Shown one piece after another: positions 40,474 through 53,912 of a stretch of 64,000 nt of DNA. The position numbers were made by a program, and so were the translations under genes. The stretch is from contig CAJNYD010000047.1 of the NCBI GenBank assembly GCA_905331295.1, positions 1 to 64,000 on the forward strand, in the 5' to 3' direction. Within the stretch, counting starts at the first letter, position 1. The number at the start of each line of letters is the position of its first letter. The notes below the pieces were generated by a model. That model was given only the letters and a program-made list of their open reading frames with translations. It was not told where the DNA came from and ran no database searches. The stretch comes from Rotaria socialis. Its lineage: Eukaryota.

Positions 40474-42081
40474 TTACCAAGGTGCACATGGTGCATCTTC
40501 ATCACGACAATATTGCCAAAAGGATTCTAATCGACCAGTAGCTGGTTCCATCAAAGCTGTATATACAGTTAACTAAAAAATATCAAACTTAAATATTGTT
40601 AAAACAATCGAGCATTTTCTACTTTATTGAGCACAGGTCTTGATGAAAAAACATTAAATAATGATTCAAAAGTAACTTGACTTTTTCCTTTCATTTTCAT
40701 ACATTTAATACATGGTGTTATACGATCATCAAAGAATGGTGGTTTTTTCCAATTATCATAGTTTGTTTCAATTAAAAACCATAAATTATCTTTACCTAAT
40801 GGTTTAATATCGTCAGAACCATTACGTGAACGAGTAATAATGACACCCTAGAAAGATTTCGTTGACATATTATTAGCACATGATTATATCATTATTATTA
40901 CTTGTTTTGATAGTGGTCCTGCAAGAATGTAATAACACGGAGCTGTAAGTTTAACTTCAGCTAAAAATTTTACTGCTTGATCATAAGTTTCTGATGTTGT
41001 TAACATATCACGCATAGCAAATGTAACAAATGATTGATTACGATTAATATCAAATATCCATTCGATTAAGCCAATATAGCCACCTTTAAGACCATAACGT
41101 TCGTTCATGGAAATACTAAAAACGCCAGGTCGAACGCCAGTAATAACACCAATATAGCTAGAAAGAAAAATTGTGTTAATAATAAACAAAATTACAAAAA
41201 ATGAAAAGATAACAATTACCCAGCAAAGGTCGTTGTTCGAAAAATAACTTGGCCATTTTGAGTAAAATTTACTTGAGTAATCAATGGACGTAACTTTTCT
41301 GATAATTCCCATGTATTATTTAACATATCCCAGCTAAAAAGTCGATTAATAAATCTATTGAACACTCTATGCTTTATTATTTACCCCAATAGAAGTCCAA
41401 AATCAAGGTTTCGTCCATGAAGAATTTTTCCATTTTGATCTTCTGCCACAATCGATGTACATAAGGTGAAAATTTCATAGAAAATATTGTATAAAACAAT
41501 TTCACCTACGAAAAATCGATTAAATATGAATTTGAAGAGCAGAAATTTTAATGTCTTACCCAATGGTGCTCCAGTTGCTTGACTAATGCCTTTCATTTCA
41601 TCACCATACGGTGCGGGTAATGTGTCAGCCATAGCTGGCTATAGAATATTATAAATGGAAATAGAATATCCAAAGAAATTTCATGTAGAATTTACCAATT
41701 TAGTGTCAACCAGACTGATAAGAAATTGCAATTCAGGCGATATTGACAAAGCGAATGTTTTGATATAGTTAACTAAATCGATAATCTAATAAAGACAATA
41801 ATAATCTATCTTTATATTAAAGAAAAAATTAAGTTTCCTTACAGCAGGTTTGTAAATAGTTGAAATATTTTTCCAACGTTCGACAGGTGGTAAATCTAAA
41901 TTTACAACATATGTTGGAACGATTCGATCTGGTTTTGGTGGCCATTGATCACTCAAGCATTGTTCACCAAACTGAATCGAAAAAAAAGCAATTATTTATG
42001 TTTATAATAAAATGACATACATACAATGCCTTGAATTGAAAAAATAACCAACAAAACGATAATGATACGATAGTTCATCAT
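40474..42081 (-). CDS. ASAH1: Acid ceramidase (Ntn hydrolase; ASAH1/NAAA family)
   Basis: Signal peptide, VVNLDLPPVERW, YNIFYEIFTL|CTSIVAED..HGRNLDFG with the nucleophile Cys, APCYYILAG, ETNYDNWKKPPFFDDR, ends PCAPW-stop. Confidence 0.93.
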
Positions 42082-42231
42082 CTGAAGACAGAGAAAAAAA
42101 GACAACTGTTTGTGAAAATTTTCGCACTCGCACTACCTAAAATGAGAGATAAGATAACGAGACATACAAAAAAAAACACTTTACGAAATTAAAAAGTATT
42201 TTCATAACAAAAATGAAAGAAAAAATTATTC

Positions 42232-44034
42232 TCAAGATAAAACATTTAAACGAGGAATATTTGCTGATGCATTATCACTCTCTGTTGATTTTACTAACCC
42301 ACTTGTGTTTTCGATATGTCTATATTCTTCAATAAGTTGATTGAGATTTTCACGTGCTTGTTCAAAATCAGCCAATTCTATATGATCCGTATAATGATGT
42401 ACATGTGCCTTACGACGATAAAGTGTTGTAAAACGTTCTTTTAATTCAATAAACGTTTCTTTTATACACGTATGATTAGCTAGAGTTAATAATGAATATG
42501 GTAAACCATTCGGTGGTACAACACATAAGCCAATTTTCCATCCGTCTTCATTCCATCTGACAAATTTCATATGTTTTAATTTAAGTAAATCAATATTACG
42601 ACGTATTTCAGACATTTGAATTGTTTTACTACGTAAAATCATTCCACATGCAATATAAACGCCATCGATTTGAGGTCGTACACGTAATGTTTGAAAATGT
42701 GGTGAAAGCGCATCACGAAATATTTGATTGACATTTCGTGGTATTGAAGAGTTTGCTGTCGTTTTAAATGGTGCTGGTATTTGTGAACTAATTAAATAGT
42801 GCATTCGTGGATATGGCACAAGATTCATTGGAATTTCACTTAAATCAACATTGAGTGGTCCATCGAACCGTGATGATGATGTTAAATTTAATATTAAATT
42901 AGCAACAATTGTATTCATTGAATCAAATGGACATCGACCATCTTCATTTACTTTAGCCGTACTATCACAACGTGATACAATGTCAATAAGTGAATCATTA
43001 TCCACAGGTAAAACACAATCAGCGTGTTCAGTTAATTCACGTGTAGCAAGGACAGAATTGTATGGAGATGTTATAACATCATCATCTTTTGATGGATAGA
43101 CTGGTGTTACGATACGACATACTTTTGGATACATTTCATCGAGTAAAGATAAAATAAATGTGCCAAGACCGCTGCCAGTACCACCACCCTACAGATAAAA
43201 ATTTCTATTTTGTGAAATCATTTGTAATCAAATTTTTTTCTCTTTTGATTGTTAACGACCGATCTATTATTCTGGCTGATACTTAGTGTTTAATTTCAAG
43301 TTGAATTCATATATGAACTAGAAAAAAGATTAATAAAAGCCGGACAGATTTTTTTTCATAGATGCTGATATTTCGAATTTTTGTTTCATCAGCGGTTAAA
43401 TCTCTCGCAAAGTAAAAACAGAATTCAAGCAGTGGTAGTATGTGTCGGGGTGTGTACTGATAAAGAAAATATGTCATTGCAAACCTTCAACCACACCCAC
43501 CGTGAAATTTCGAATTGTTATCAACTTATAAAACGACTCAAACTCTTATTTATTGTTACACGCGCACTCACCCTATCAGCTCACCATGGAATGTATAAGC
43601 ATAAAACTTTGTAGTGAATCACATTGTTCAGCTTGTCGACGAATTTCATCACTTAACATTTGTCGATATTTTTCGCCATAAAAACGATTTCCAACAGCCC
43701 AATTATTACCAGCTCCACTAACATCACGTATAAATTGTTCACCGTCAAATAAATCTCGCAATGGACTGGAAAGTATAGAACGGAGTACACCTTCTTCCAT
43801 ATCAACAAGGACAGCTCGTGCTTTAAGTGTTCGCAATGGTGATGGATATGGTAATGAAGTATTTTTACTTTCATCAACATTACGAAAAAACGCACTTAAT
43901 GATGAATCATAAATGCATTTTTTTGAATTTGTTGAAGACATAAGTGAAGCATGCTCACGCAAGGCTAAATCCCAAAATCGACAACCAATTTGAGAACCAC
44001 ATTGACCAACTTGTACAACAATATTTTGTGCCAT
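42232..44034 (-). CDS. TUBE1: Epsilon-tubulin; intron 43189-43584
   Basis: VVQVGQCGSQIGCRFWDLALREHA, LKARAVLVDMEEGV, DVSGAGNNWAVG, HSM|GGGTGSGLG, DDVITSPYNS, WNEDGWKIGLC, KAHVHHY are epsilon-tubulin signatures. Confidence 0.96.
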
Positions 44035-44304
44035 ATTTACATATATATAAATAAAACATTAAACATTTTCTTTCATCTGAAAAGAAAACAAGAGCAAACT
44101 ATTGTAATTATATTACGAGAAACTTGAGTTTATTGAAACAAATCATCTAAATTGAATCGTGCTTACTTTCTTTTTGCTCTTTCTTGTCTATCTTAGTAGT
44201 TTTCTTATTCTAACTAAAATCTACACTCGGGCAAGTTATCGTTGAACATATTGGCAAAGCAGAAACAAAAGGCATACTTCAGAAATATGCAACAAAACGT
44301 TTTT

Positions 44305-45646
44305 TCATGTATTACTAGATGCAGTTACATTAATTAGTGTAACGACCGGATTCTTTTTTAGTTTAACATTGGGCTGTTGTCGTTGTAACATTTCTGCAGT
44401 TGCATGTAGAAAAGTCGATTGACTAAATATAAACGCACTGATATGTCCATAAGAAACAGTTCGAACGAGACAGCCAGGCCATAGATCATTCATATCAGGT
44501 GTACCATCACGTAATATATACCCATCATTTTTACAAATAATAAACATAGCATTAAGCATATTTGATGCAACAGGACGTGCATAAAATTCTAATGATGTAA
44601 ATTCATCCATAACAAGACGCATCATATCTTTAATAGGGTCAACAACAACAGCAGTACCAGCTGATTTGGAATCAGTTGATTTTCTTCCTTCACGTAAAAA
44701 TTCATAGAATGTTTGATATGCTCTATTTTCATAGAACTGCTTTTTTAAAAGTTCCCACGGAATTGTACTTGAAAGAACTCCATCGCAAAAGGCGGTTGAA
44801 CTTGTTGACCATGAAGCACATGATAAAAGTGATAAAGGACCAGGCCAACTAGCAAATGAAACAAGAATCAAAGAAATCGATCTTGAATATTCACTATTTT
44901 ACTTTTCTCTCAATTTTACCTAGTAAATGCTAATGAAGCCATATGTCCACCTAGAGAGAAACCATGCAGAATAGGTGGTGTCAATTTCATTTTTTCACAC
45001 CAATAAAGTAATACCATGGTTTCAAGCATAAGCGCACCGCCCATAATTAATAGATCAGTTACATAGCAAAGTGATGAACGTGCTTGATGATGTGGCTTTC
45101 GAAAGCCATAATAAGGATTTTCGATAATAATCGAACCAATACGATACTGTTTTAACAGTGGTTTAGCTGTAAGAAGTCGTCGCCGATTATAACCATGATC
45201 ACCCGTGCCAGGATAGCATATACCTATGGGAATCGAATCAACGCCCAAACGATGATCATGCGGTAAAACAAGTTGAAAATGAGCTGTAGCTACTTCCGGT
45301 GGAACCTATTTTTAGATAAATATAAATATGAAAACAAAAATCTTATCAATCATACGAATAAAACGTTGCATCATAATCTCACCAAATGTGGAAAATGAAT
45401 GGCAAGTGGAGAAGGAAATTTTGCATCTATATATTGTGTATCACCTTTAACTTCTCGTTTAGTAATTTGTATAGTATTTTCTTGAACACTTTCAGGTGGT
45501 ACAAGTTTCAAGCATTCACTTCTTACAGCAACTTTCGTACGTCGAGATGCACAAAGTTCTTGTAAATGAGATGGATTACCCCAACCACGAACAAATGTTT
45601 GAGATGTAATAAGACGACGAAACAGTATATCAAAGTTACTAGTCAT
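44305..45646 (-). CDS. ABHD18: Alpha/beta hydrolase ABHD18 (C4orf29/DUF2048), 3 exons
   Basis: FVRGWG, GTGDH..RR, IIENPYYGFRKP, nucleophile elbow GFSLGGHMA, STAFCDGVLS, MDEFT, WPGC..GHISAF. Confidence 0.92.
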
Positions 45647-45859
45647 TTCTTCGCTTTCTTATTAGAAATAACATCTAGAAAAGCTTTGATCGATTTAATA
45701 AGCTTGGTTTTTTTTGTTGTAACTTGTTTTTAATAGAAAAAAACAAAAAAAAATGGTATTTTTTTCTGGCAGTAGATATAAACACACGAATACAAGAAAA
45801 CTGTTTGTGTTTTTTTCCTAATAGATCTCATTGGTTGCATACAGAAAAAAGAAAATATT

Positions 45860-47502
45860 CTATTGACCGGCAGCTGAAATGTTTAGCAACATTTGAGGAC
45901 CGTGGGGTAAATAAACGATATTTCGCGATTTAGATAGTTGACCAGCAATATCTTCAGCTGCTTCGATTCTTCGAAGTTCAATTAAACCTAAATTAAAGAC
46001 AATGTAAATAAAAACAAATCAAACGAAAATGAGAACATTTACCATCGCCAGCTTCACCTAAAGCTTTACCAATTAAGTCGGCAGCACGAGCATCACCTTC
46101 AGCAGCAATAACATTTGCTTGACGAGTTTGTTCAGCCTATTTAAATTTTTTTTTCTTTTAATACCAGCGATAGAAATTTTTGTTTCAATTACTTTTTCGA
46201 CTAAAAATCGTTGTTTCTCTGCATCTTGTTGTGCAACTTGTTTTAATTCGACAGCACCTGTGAACTCTGGTCCAAAACTTAAATGTGTCTAGAATATGAG
46301 AAAAAAATATTGCGAGTAGATTTATTAATAAATTTTAATTTAATCAACTCACAATTGAAATATCATCTAGTAATAAACCGAATTGTGCAGCACGTTCAGT
46401 TAAAAGTTCACTAACACGTTGAGAGATAAGTGTACGTTGTGTAATCAATTCAATTGCATCGAATTGAGCCTAGATTATCTCAATGAATAGGTTACAATAG
46501 ATTTTCAAAAACAAAAAAAAACAAATATTGCAAACTTACGACAACAGATTTTAATACTTCATTAGTAATTGATGGTAAAACACGTTCTTCATAATCTAAA
46601 CCTAACGTACTGAAAATTTTGGGTAAAATTTCAGCTTTTGGTCGATAGAGAATACGTAAAGTAATATTAATTGTTTGTAAATCTAATATGAAAATAAATT
46701 CAATCAATGGAAAATTTTTGTTCTTCTATCATGCACTTTTCTCATTACCTTTTGTTCCTGTAATCGATGGGACTGAACGTGGACGGGTTCGAATATCGAA
46801 TATAATTGGTCGATGAAGCCATGGAATCATAAAATGTGTTCCTTCCCCGATTACATCAGGTTTAACACCTTGAAAACGGTCAAAGATTACAGCTCGGTGG
46901 CCGCCATCAACTACAAAAACATTCGTTAAATTCTTTAATTGCATTAAAAAAAGGAATCTTATTTTCTATTATTTACCATTATAAAGCATAGAGTTGGCCA
47001 CACCGCCAGCTATTGCCAAGCCAATACCAAATCTTCCTAAATAAAAATATAAAAAAATATAGCTTCTGATGAAAATCCTTCGAATTTGACTTCCAAAAAA
47101 GCTTGACTTAAAAACGATTAGGGTTCGCCGATGAAATAGTCAATAAAATGCAAAAGATTGGCAAATAATATTTCATATAGTCATGGTAACTACTGACTGG
47201 AATGAAACCTCTTCGCACGATAAAAAAAAGGACTTATCTTACAAGAGCAACATATTTCATGTCAAGAGATATTCAATGCAGCACAATGACAATAGATGAT
47301 TCTCTGAAAACCTTATATGTTGGGAGATAATATAAGAACAGAAAGTCTTTTATTATGATGAAGAGTTACTAAAGTTTCATGGAAAATAAGAAAATCCAAA
47401 GAGTGAACACAAATGCAATTATGAAAATTTTCATTTAACAAGCAAATAAATTAGTTTATTAATCATCTTACCAATAGAGTTGAATAATCGAGATGAAGCC
47501 AT
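45860..47502 (-). CDS. PHB1: Prohibitin 1
   Basis: [82 protein letters not shown]; stop at 45860-45862. Confidence 0.97.
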
Positions 47503-48100
47503 TAATTTTTATTTTTTTTTAGATATAGATCTTTTTAGTCTACAAGAAAGCATGTAAAAATCATTATCGATATTTTCTTCTAATGAAAAAACATTCCTTT
47601 TTGCCTTTCGACGTCTTTTATTAGCAAGAAGTCTTTTCAAAAGAAAGAAAAAAAAAGAGACGAAAAATGAAACATCACACGTGGAGAAACGCAAAGTAGT
47701 CATATCTCCGTCGATCCGAGAATGCATCATCGTTTGATCTACCTAACCACTACGGTAACAAACTGATGCAATATGTACACAGACAAACAGACATAAACTA
47801 GTACACGTAAGGAGTAGAAATAGATTGATCCAATAACGAAAAAGAACAAGAAGAAAAACATGAAGCGAAGTGTATTAGCAATGAGATACCAAAGATTAAT
47901 ACCAATCGACTGCATAGTAACAAAAAAAAAGGAAAACATGTGAAAGTGAAATGAACCAACCTGAAAGCAGACAAAAAAGAAAGAAAACATGCACGCGAGA
48001 GACAAGCAGGGATCCTATCCGAACAGAAAGACACACAAACATATGCACCGTTTTATACCTCTTACATACACGATAGAAAAAGCAGATAGCAGCTTAAATT

Positions 48101-51100
48101 TTAACACCGTTCAGAGGTTGTTCGTCGATTCGTTTGTCGTGGTTGACCACGATTACGAGATGGAAAATGTTCACCACTTGTTTTCAATGAATTTATCATA
48201 GTTATATCACTGTTGGCTCCTCCAGTAGCTGCTGCTTCTTTTGCTGCTGCAGCTGCAACTGCTTCGGGTGCTGGAACAGTCTAAATTGTATTCATAATGG
48301 CAATAGAAATAGATACAGCAATTTAAATTATTTTTCTATTTACAATAATGCCTGATTTTGTTGGAAAAAATTGTTGTGGAAATGAAGCACCATCAACTCG
48401 AAAATCTTCGAGACGTTTATATTTTTTCAAGATTTCCTCTAATTTTGAACCAATCTTCGGTTTTCGTCGAGAATATTTAAGAAAAGCCCAAAACTTTTCC
48501 AGACCATATAATTGACCTAAAAAAGATAATAAACAATATGTAACTAAATTTTATCAAGTAAGAAAAATTTTCATTTTTTCTTAAATTTCTTACCAGCTTC
48601 ATGATCACGGAGTGTTTCATTTTGAAAATCATCAAATACTTCTTGTCGAAAATGTTTTTCAAGACCATACGTATAAAATCGAAATAAACATTCAAGACCA
48701 TATCTATTTACACGTAGAATCTATATTATTGCAGCATGGTAAAAAATATGATTATAACATACCGATGACCAGTTCTTCCATCATCAACAGCATATTGTTT
48801 AAATTCGTTGTACATACGGCGATTGAAATTCTCACGTAAGAAAAATGACCAAAAACGATAGAGTGTATTCATTTCCATAGATTGACCAGCACCCAATTTG
48901 GTTCTGTCTAGAATTCAACAAGAAAAACAAATTAATAATATGATTCACTTAATTCAATGAATTTCACGAATAAAGATCTAAGAAATTCTTCTCTGTATAA
49001 AATATTCTTCCGCATACAATCAACTGTTCTCTTTACAATGCAAAGCCGTGCTTTATTATTCAATGATGTACTGCTGTCGTTTAGTATTCAATATGAAGAA
49101 TATATTGTGTAAGGATATTTGCTCAAAATATTGATCTAACAATATTTTTCTATTACCATCAAGACATTGCTGTTTATATTTTATATAAACTTGTTGAGTA
49201 AAACCATTTTGTTGTAAAAGTGAATGAGACGGATGTTGAAATTGAGGTATTTCAACGGGTGTTGAACCATAATAATCATATAGATTTGAATTACTACCAT
49301 ATCCACTGCCATACCAATAATGCGAATCATTATATGACGATGAATATTGTTCGTACAGATCTTGTTGTCGAGTTCTAAACAGGAAAAAATTGGAATTCTA
49401 TTTTCATATACATTACAAATATCTTACGTATTACTAGACACTGTATTGCTTCTTTGTTTGGCCGCTGTCGTTGTTGTTGTGGTGGTGGTGGTAGTGTTTG
49501 CTGTCGTTGCTGTCGTCGTTCCTGTAGGATGGCCACGAGAATCAAACACCCAACCAACTGAACTTTCCACCGGTGGATTTTCACTATGACGAGTTTTACG
49601 CTTAAGACCAGGCGTCTGTAAAAAAAAGAAATAAAATACTTATTGACTCATGCTTTTTCATTCAAATTAAATTACATCTGGTTTAACAACAGTAGCATCT
49701 TTTGTAACTGGATAAAATCGAGCTGCATATTTTGCACGTGAATGTGGTGTTCGTGGTTCTTCTGGATATTCTTTTGATGCTTGTGAACGTTTTTTATCAG
49801 CTGCATTTGGTGTGACCGGTATATTAATCAATGAAACATCAGCATTGCTATCATTAGGTAATGAATGTGATATAAAATCGTTTGCTAACGGTTGTGCTAA
49901 AAGTTGAGATTGATTTGAAATAGGTAAATGTTTTGGCCGATAAAACGGTTCAACTTGTGGTGGTGCTCGATTATTTGAACGAATAATCGTAATAGCTGGA
50001 CTTCGAGGTTGCTTATCATTTGAACTCGTTATTGCCGCCGACTTATTATTTTCTATAAAATTAGAAAAAATTGAATAAAACTATGTAACTATAAGAATTA
50101 AATCGTATTTACCTTTATTAGCTTGTGATGCAAAATTTTGACTTATATCATCGTTGCCATCATCATCGTCATCAGCGCTGAATTTTCGTCCACTCACCGG
50201 TTGTGATTGATTAGATAATTTACGTATTGCTTCCAATTCTTCTTGGCTTATTAACTTCACTGTTTTATCATTCTAAATATTTAACGAAACAGAAGTCATA
50301 TTTATCAAAATAATATTAAATACAAACAGTAGCTGCTGCTGCTGCGGCTGGTCGATCATGCCACAATTCTTCTTCATACCATCTTAAACCATCATCAATA
50401 ATTTTTGCTATTTCAGCTGTCATACGTGCTCGTGGTGTATATTCACCAGTGCGATCATGAGTTTTTGGTAGTTGTTTTCGATTTGATGGTGGTGTTGGTG
50501 TAATGATAAGGATTTTATCGATATCATCATCATCCAATTCAAAATCTAAGTCATCACCTTCTCTAAAAACATAAAGCAAAGGAAATAATATGATATGATG
50601 TGAATAAAAGAACGTTATGTATGCATATGCGTACGGCTCTTCGGGTAAATCAAGCGTTAACGATGTTGTACGACGTCGATTTTGATTATTTTGTTGAAAA
50701 AACGATGGTGGAAGATAAGATGATAATGTATTATTATTATTATTTGTTTTTGAATGAGAACTAGGCAGTTCTTCATCGAATTGAAAATCTAATTCTTCAC
50801 GATTATCTGATAAATGTTTTTGTTGTAGAGTTATCTGATATTGTTGTTCTTGTTGTTGTGGCTCTTTTTTCTCCTAGATTTAAAACTTTACAGTAAACAC
50901 CGAGAAAAGTTTTTTCTATTTAAATATATTCAAACCTTCTTCTTAGCTGGTTTCTTTCGTTTAGTTGGTACATGGCTCCAATCAACTTCATTATTTTTAG
51001 TTCGTTCTTTCTCCAATAATTGTGATTCATCATCAAGTCCATTAAGCATTTTATTACCTATTACAAGTAAAAATAATTGATGATACGGCGCGACAAATGA

Positions 51101-52851
51101 CTCGTATACTTACGTTCATTCTCACATTTCCATAGTTTACCCGGTTGAAAATCCGGTACATCAGGATTAAGTGCTGTTAGATGATTACTAACATCCATAA
51201 TGAGTGGCCATCGTGTTGGTTCTGTTCGACAGCGTACCATACACTTATCATTAAGTTCAACAATCAGACTATCTTTGACAGCCTAGCAGATGAAAACAAA
51301 AAAAAAAGAATAATATGTTTCTTGTACTTCTAAGAATATTTTGTTAAAACAAACTTCAGCAATAAAATTAATATCATCGCATAATGTATGAACTCGATTA
51401 AAACTTGCAATAAGTGATAACGGTACATAACCATCTTTAGACATTTGTTGTCGAAGAAATATATCTGCTTCAAGATTTTCTGTGCTGAAATAATATTCAC
51501 TAGAGAATAAAAAGAAAAAATATATTGTAGTCGAATTGTAAATATTTTTATATTTACACTTGACGTCGAAGGAGTTCTCTTAATTGTTGTTCAGTGTAAG
51601 CCGGTACTAGTGGAGCTGAATAATCATCTGTATTAATATCAATATTAGTTAAAGGTGTATCAGTAGCTGGTGGTGGCGTGGTTGATTGATAATAATAAGC
51701 ACCTTCTATATATGGCAGTACAAAAGAACAATCGTCAATAACTACCGTTTCATCATCAAATATAAAATTGTGCACATCACGTTTAATAGCTGTTTCATGA
51801 GCATTATTAGCGCCTGTTATATCTGAACCGGCTAAAATGAAGAAAAATATTTCACTACTTAAATAAATAAGAATCTAATATATATAAGATAACTTACAAG
51901 TTTCATCTCCGGTTGGCGCATTCGGATCAACACCAAGTGTTCCTTCGGTTTTCTTTTTTCGTTTACTTAATTTATCAGCATACCATGGAGGTCCAGGAAT
52001 ACCTTGACCTTCTTGATCATAATCTAAGAAAAAAAAGATGAACTTCCCATGAATATTATAAAAGAAAATATTGACATACAATAGTATGAATAATAATCTT
52101 GATATGGATCATACGTTTGTTTATAGGCAACTGCTGCTGCTGCTGTTGCTGCTGCAGCTGCACGATTTTTTCGACTTTTTTTTGGTGCAGTAGCATCGAG
52201 ACTACGTGTACGATTATTTCTATTAGCTCCCCGTCCACTACGTGAACTTCGGTTACCACGACTGCCTTTTGTTGTTTTTGCTGTTTGATTAGCACCATTT
52301 TGAACATTTGTATTTGTTGAAGTTTCATTCTGAGTATCTTCTTGTTCATGCTGATCTAATGGCAATGGTACCCATTTTTGCTTTCCTTTCTTCTTTTGTG
52401 TTCGAGGTGTATTTGGCTGGGATGTTGCAGTATCATTATCATTAGATGATGTCTGTTTATTAGTTGCTGTTTCACCATCACCATCACCGTTATCTTGCTC
52501 TTCATGTTCTACTGATAATGTTGCTGACTTCTCTTTTGTTTTCGTTTTTCTTGTTCTAGGTGTATTTGGTTGAGATATTCTTGTTTCATTATCATTGGAC
52601 ACTGTTTGCTCATTCGTTGTTATTGATGAGTCAACAGTGGCCTCAGCAAGACTTGGCCAGTCTTTAGGCTAGAGAAAAAAGCAATTAGCATTGAAGGCAT
52701 TATAGAATATGTAACAAAAATCTTTGTTTCTTACTGTTAAAAGAGCAGTATTAGGTGATTTATTATTAGAATTATTGTTGGAATTAGTCGATGAGGTTTG
52801 TTGCCAAGCTGAACAGCTGGTTGGAGTTGGTGTGGCTGTTTCGTTTGGCAT
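48101..52851 (-). CDS. LARP1: La-related protein 1 (La module, PAM2-like motif, DM15 repeats)
   Basis: La motif [64 protein letters not shown]15 [38 protein letters not shown]. Stop at 48101; the start at 52851 is probable. Confidence 0.95.
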
Positions 52852-53578
52852 TACGCCTCGAGTTGATTTTTATTCTGCAAAAAGAAGAATTAAAATTATC
52901 AAATGGAGATATTACTACGGAAGGAATGCATATCGAAAAGATGACGTTTGAAAATTACGCAAGTCTTTATAATTTACCCAATTCTTTAAAATACAATTTT
53001 CTTCAATAGAGAGTATCAGAAAAAAATCAAATAGTCTAAGCACGTGAGGTCGATTCGTATACTTTTTTTGTTTATTTACAATATGTGTGGGCATTCACAT
53101 CAGGTGCGTATTTTATCTTTAGTATGATAAACTATGGATCATCATGGTGAATCTGACAGGTCCGATATTCGTAATCTTTAAACCAAAGAAAAAATGATGA
53201 CTATAATATATAGAAGACCTCATTGGAATATATTTATTTTTTGTTGAAGCTATAATTACGTAATTTAGAATTTCATAAGATGAGAAGAATAGGAAAGAAA
53301 ATAATGAGATCACAATGATGTCGCCAGAATCGCATGGAGCCCGACGATTTCGATAGATCTAAAACGACTATTTTGTCTTGACTTCGATTTTCTTATATCC
53401 ATAGTCAATAAAAACATCTGAATATTCATTTGATTGTATCCAATATAAATATACAAAGAATTCAATGAAAGGACATCTATGTATGCGACAATGTAGAATA
53501 CCTCTTGAGAGAGTAAGAGTTCTAAATTGTTGACGTTCAGCTAGACCTAAGGTATCGATGGCCCATAGTTGATCATCA

Positions 53579-53862
53579 CCGAGGTCTCTGATTCCGGAGA
53601 AGGGATACTGCGAAACCAGCAGGAAAGTGCGGGGAAAACAACCGTATCCTGCAGGAAAACACTGGAAATCGCGACAATCAGAAGCAGTATTCCGGTCGGA
53701 ATTTTTCGGTTGTTTTCCGGTGATTTTCCAATCGGTTCCTGCCTGAAAGCACAGGAAATCGCTTGGAATACACGAGAAAAATTCCGACCGGAATACTCCT
53801 TCCATGTTTTATTGATTGCCGGCGTTTTCCTGCCGTTTCCCGCCGTACGTGTTCGACCTAGG
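53579..53862. mobile_element. GC-rich MITE-like repeat, copy 1
   Basis: Degenerate termini CCGAGGTC..GACCTAGG. Internal inverted repeat of about 27 bp, GAAGCAGTATTCCGGTCGGAATTTTTC (53681) / GAAAAATTCCGACCGGAATACTCCTTC (53776). GC content well above the flanks. Confidence 0.75.
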
Positions 53863-53912
53863 ATATTTCAGATCAATTTCTTGTTTTTTATTATAACAAT
53901 TTTCTCTATCAT

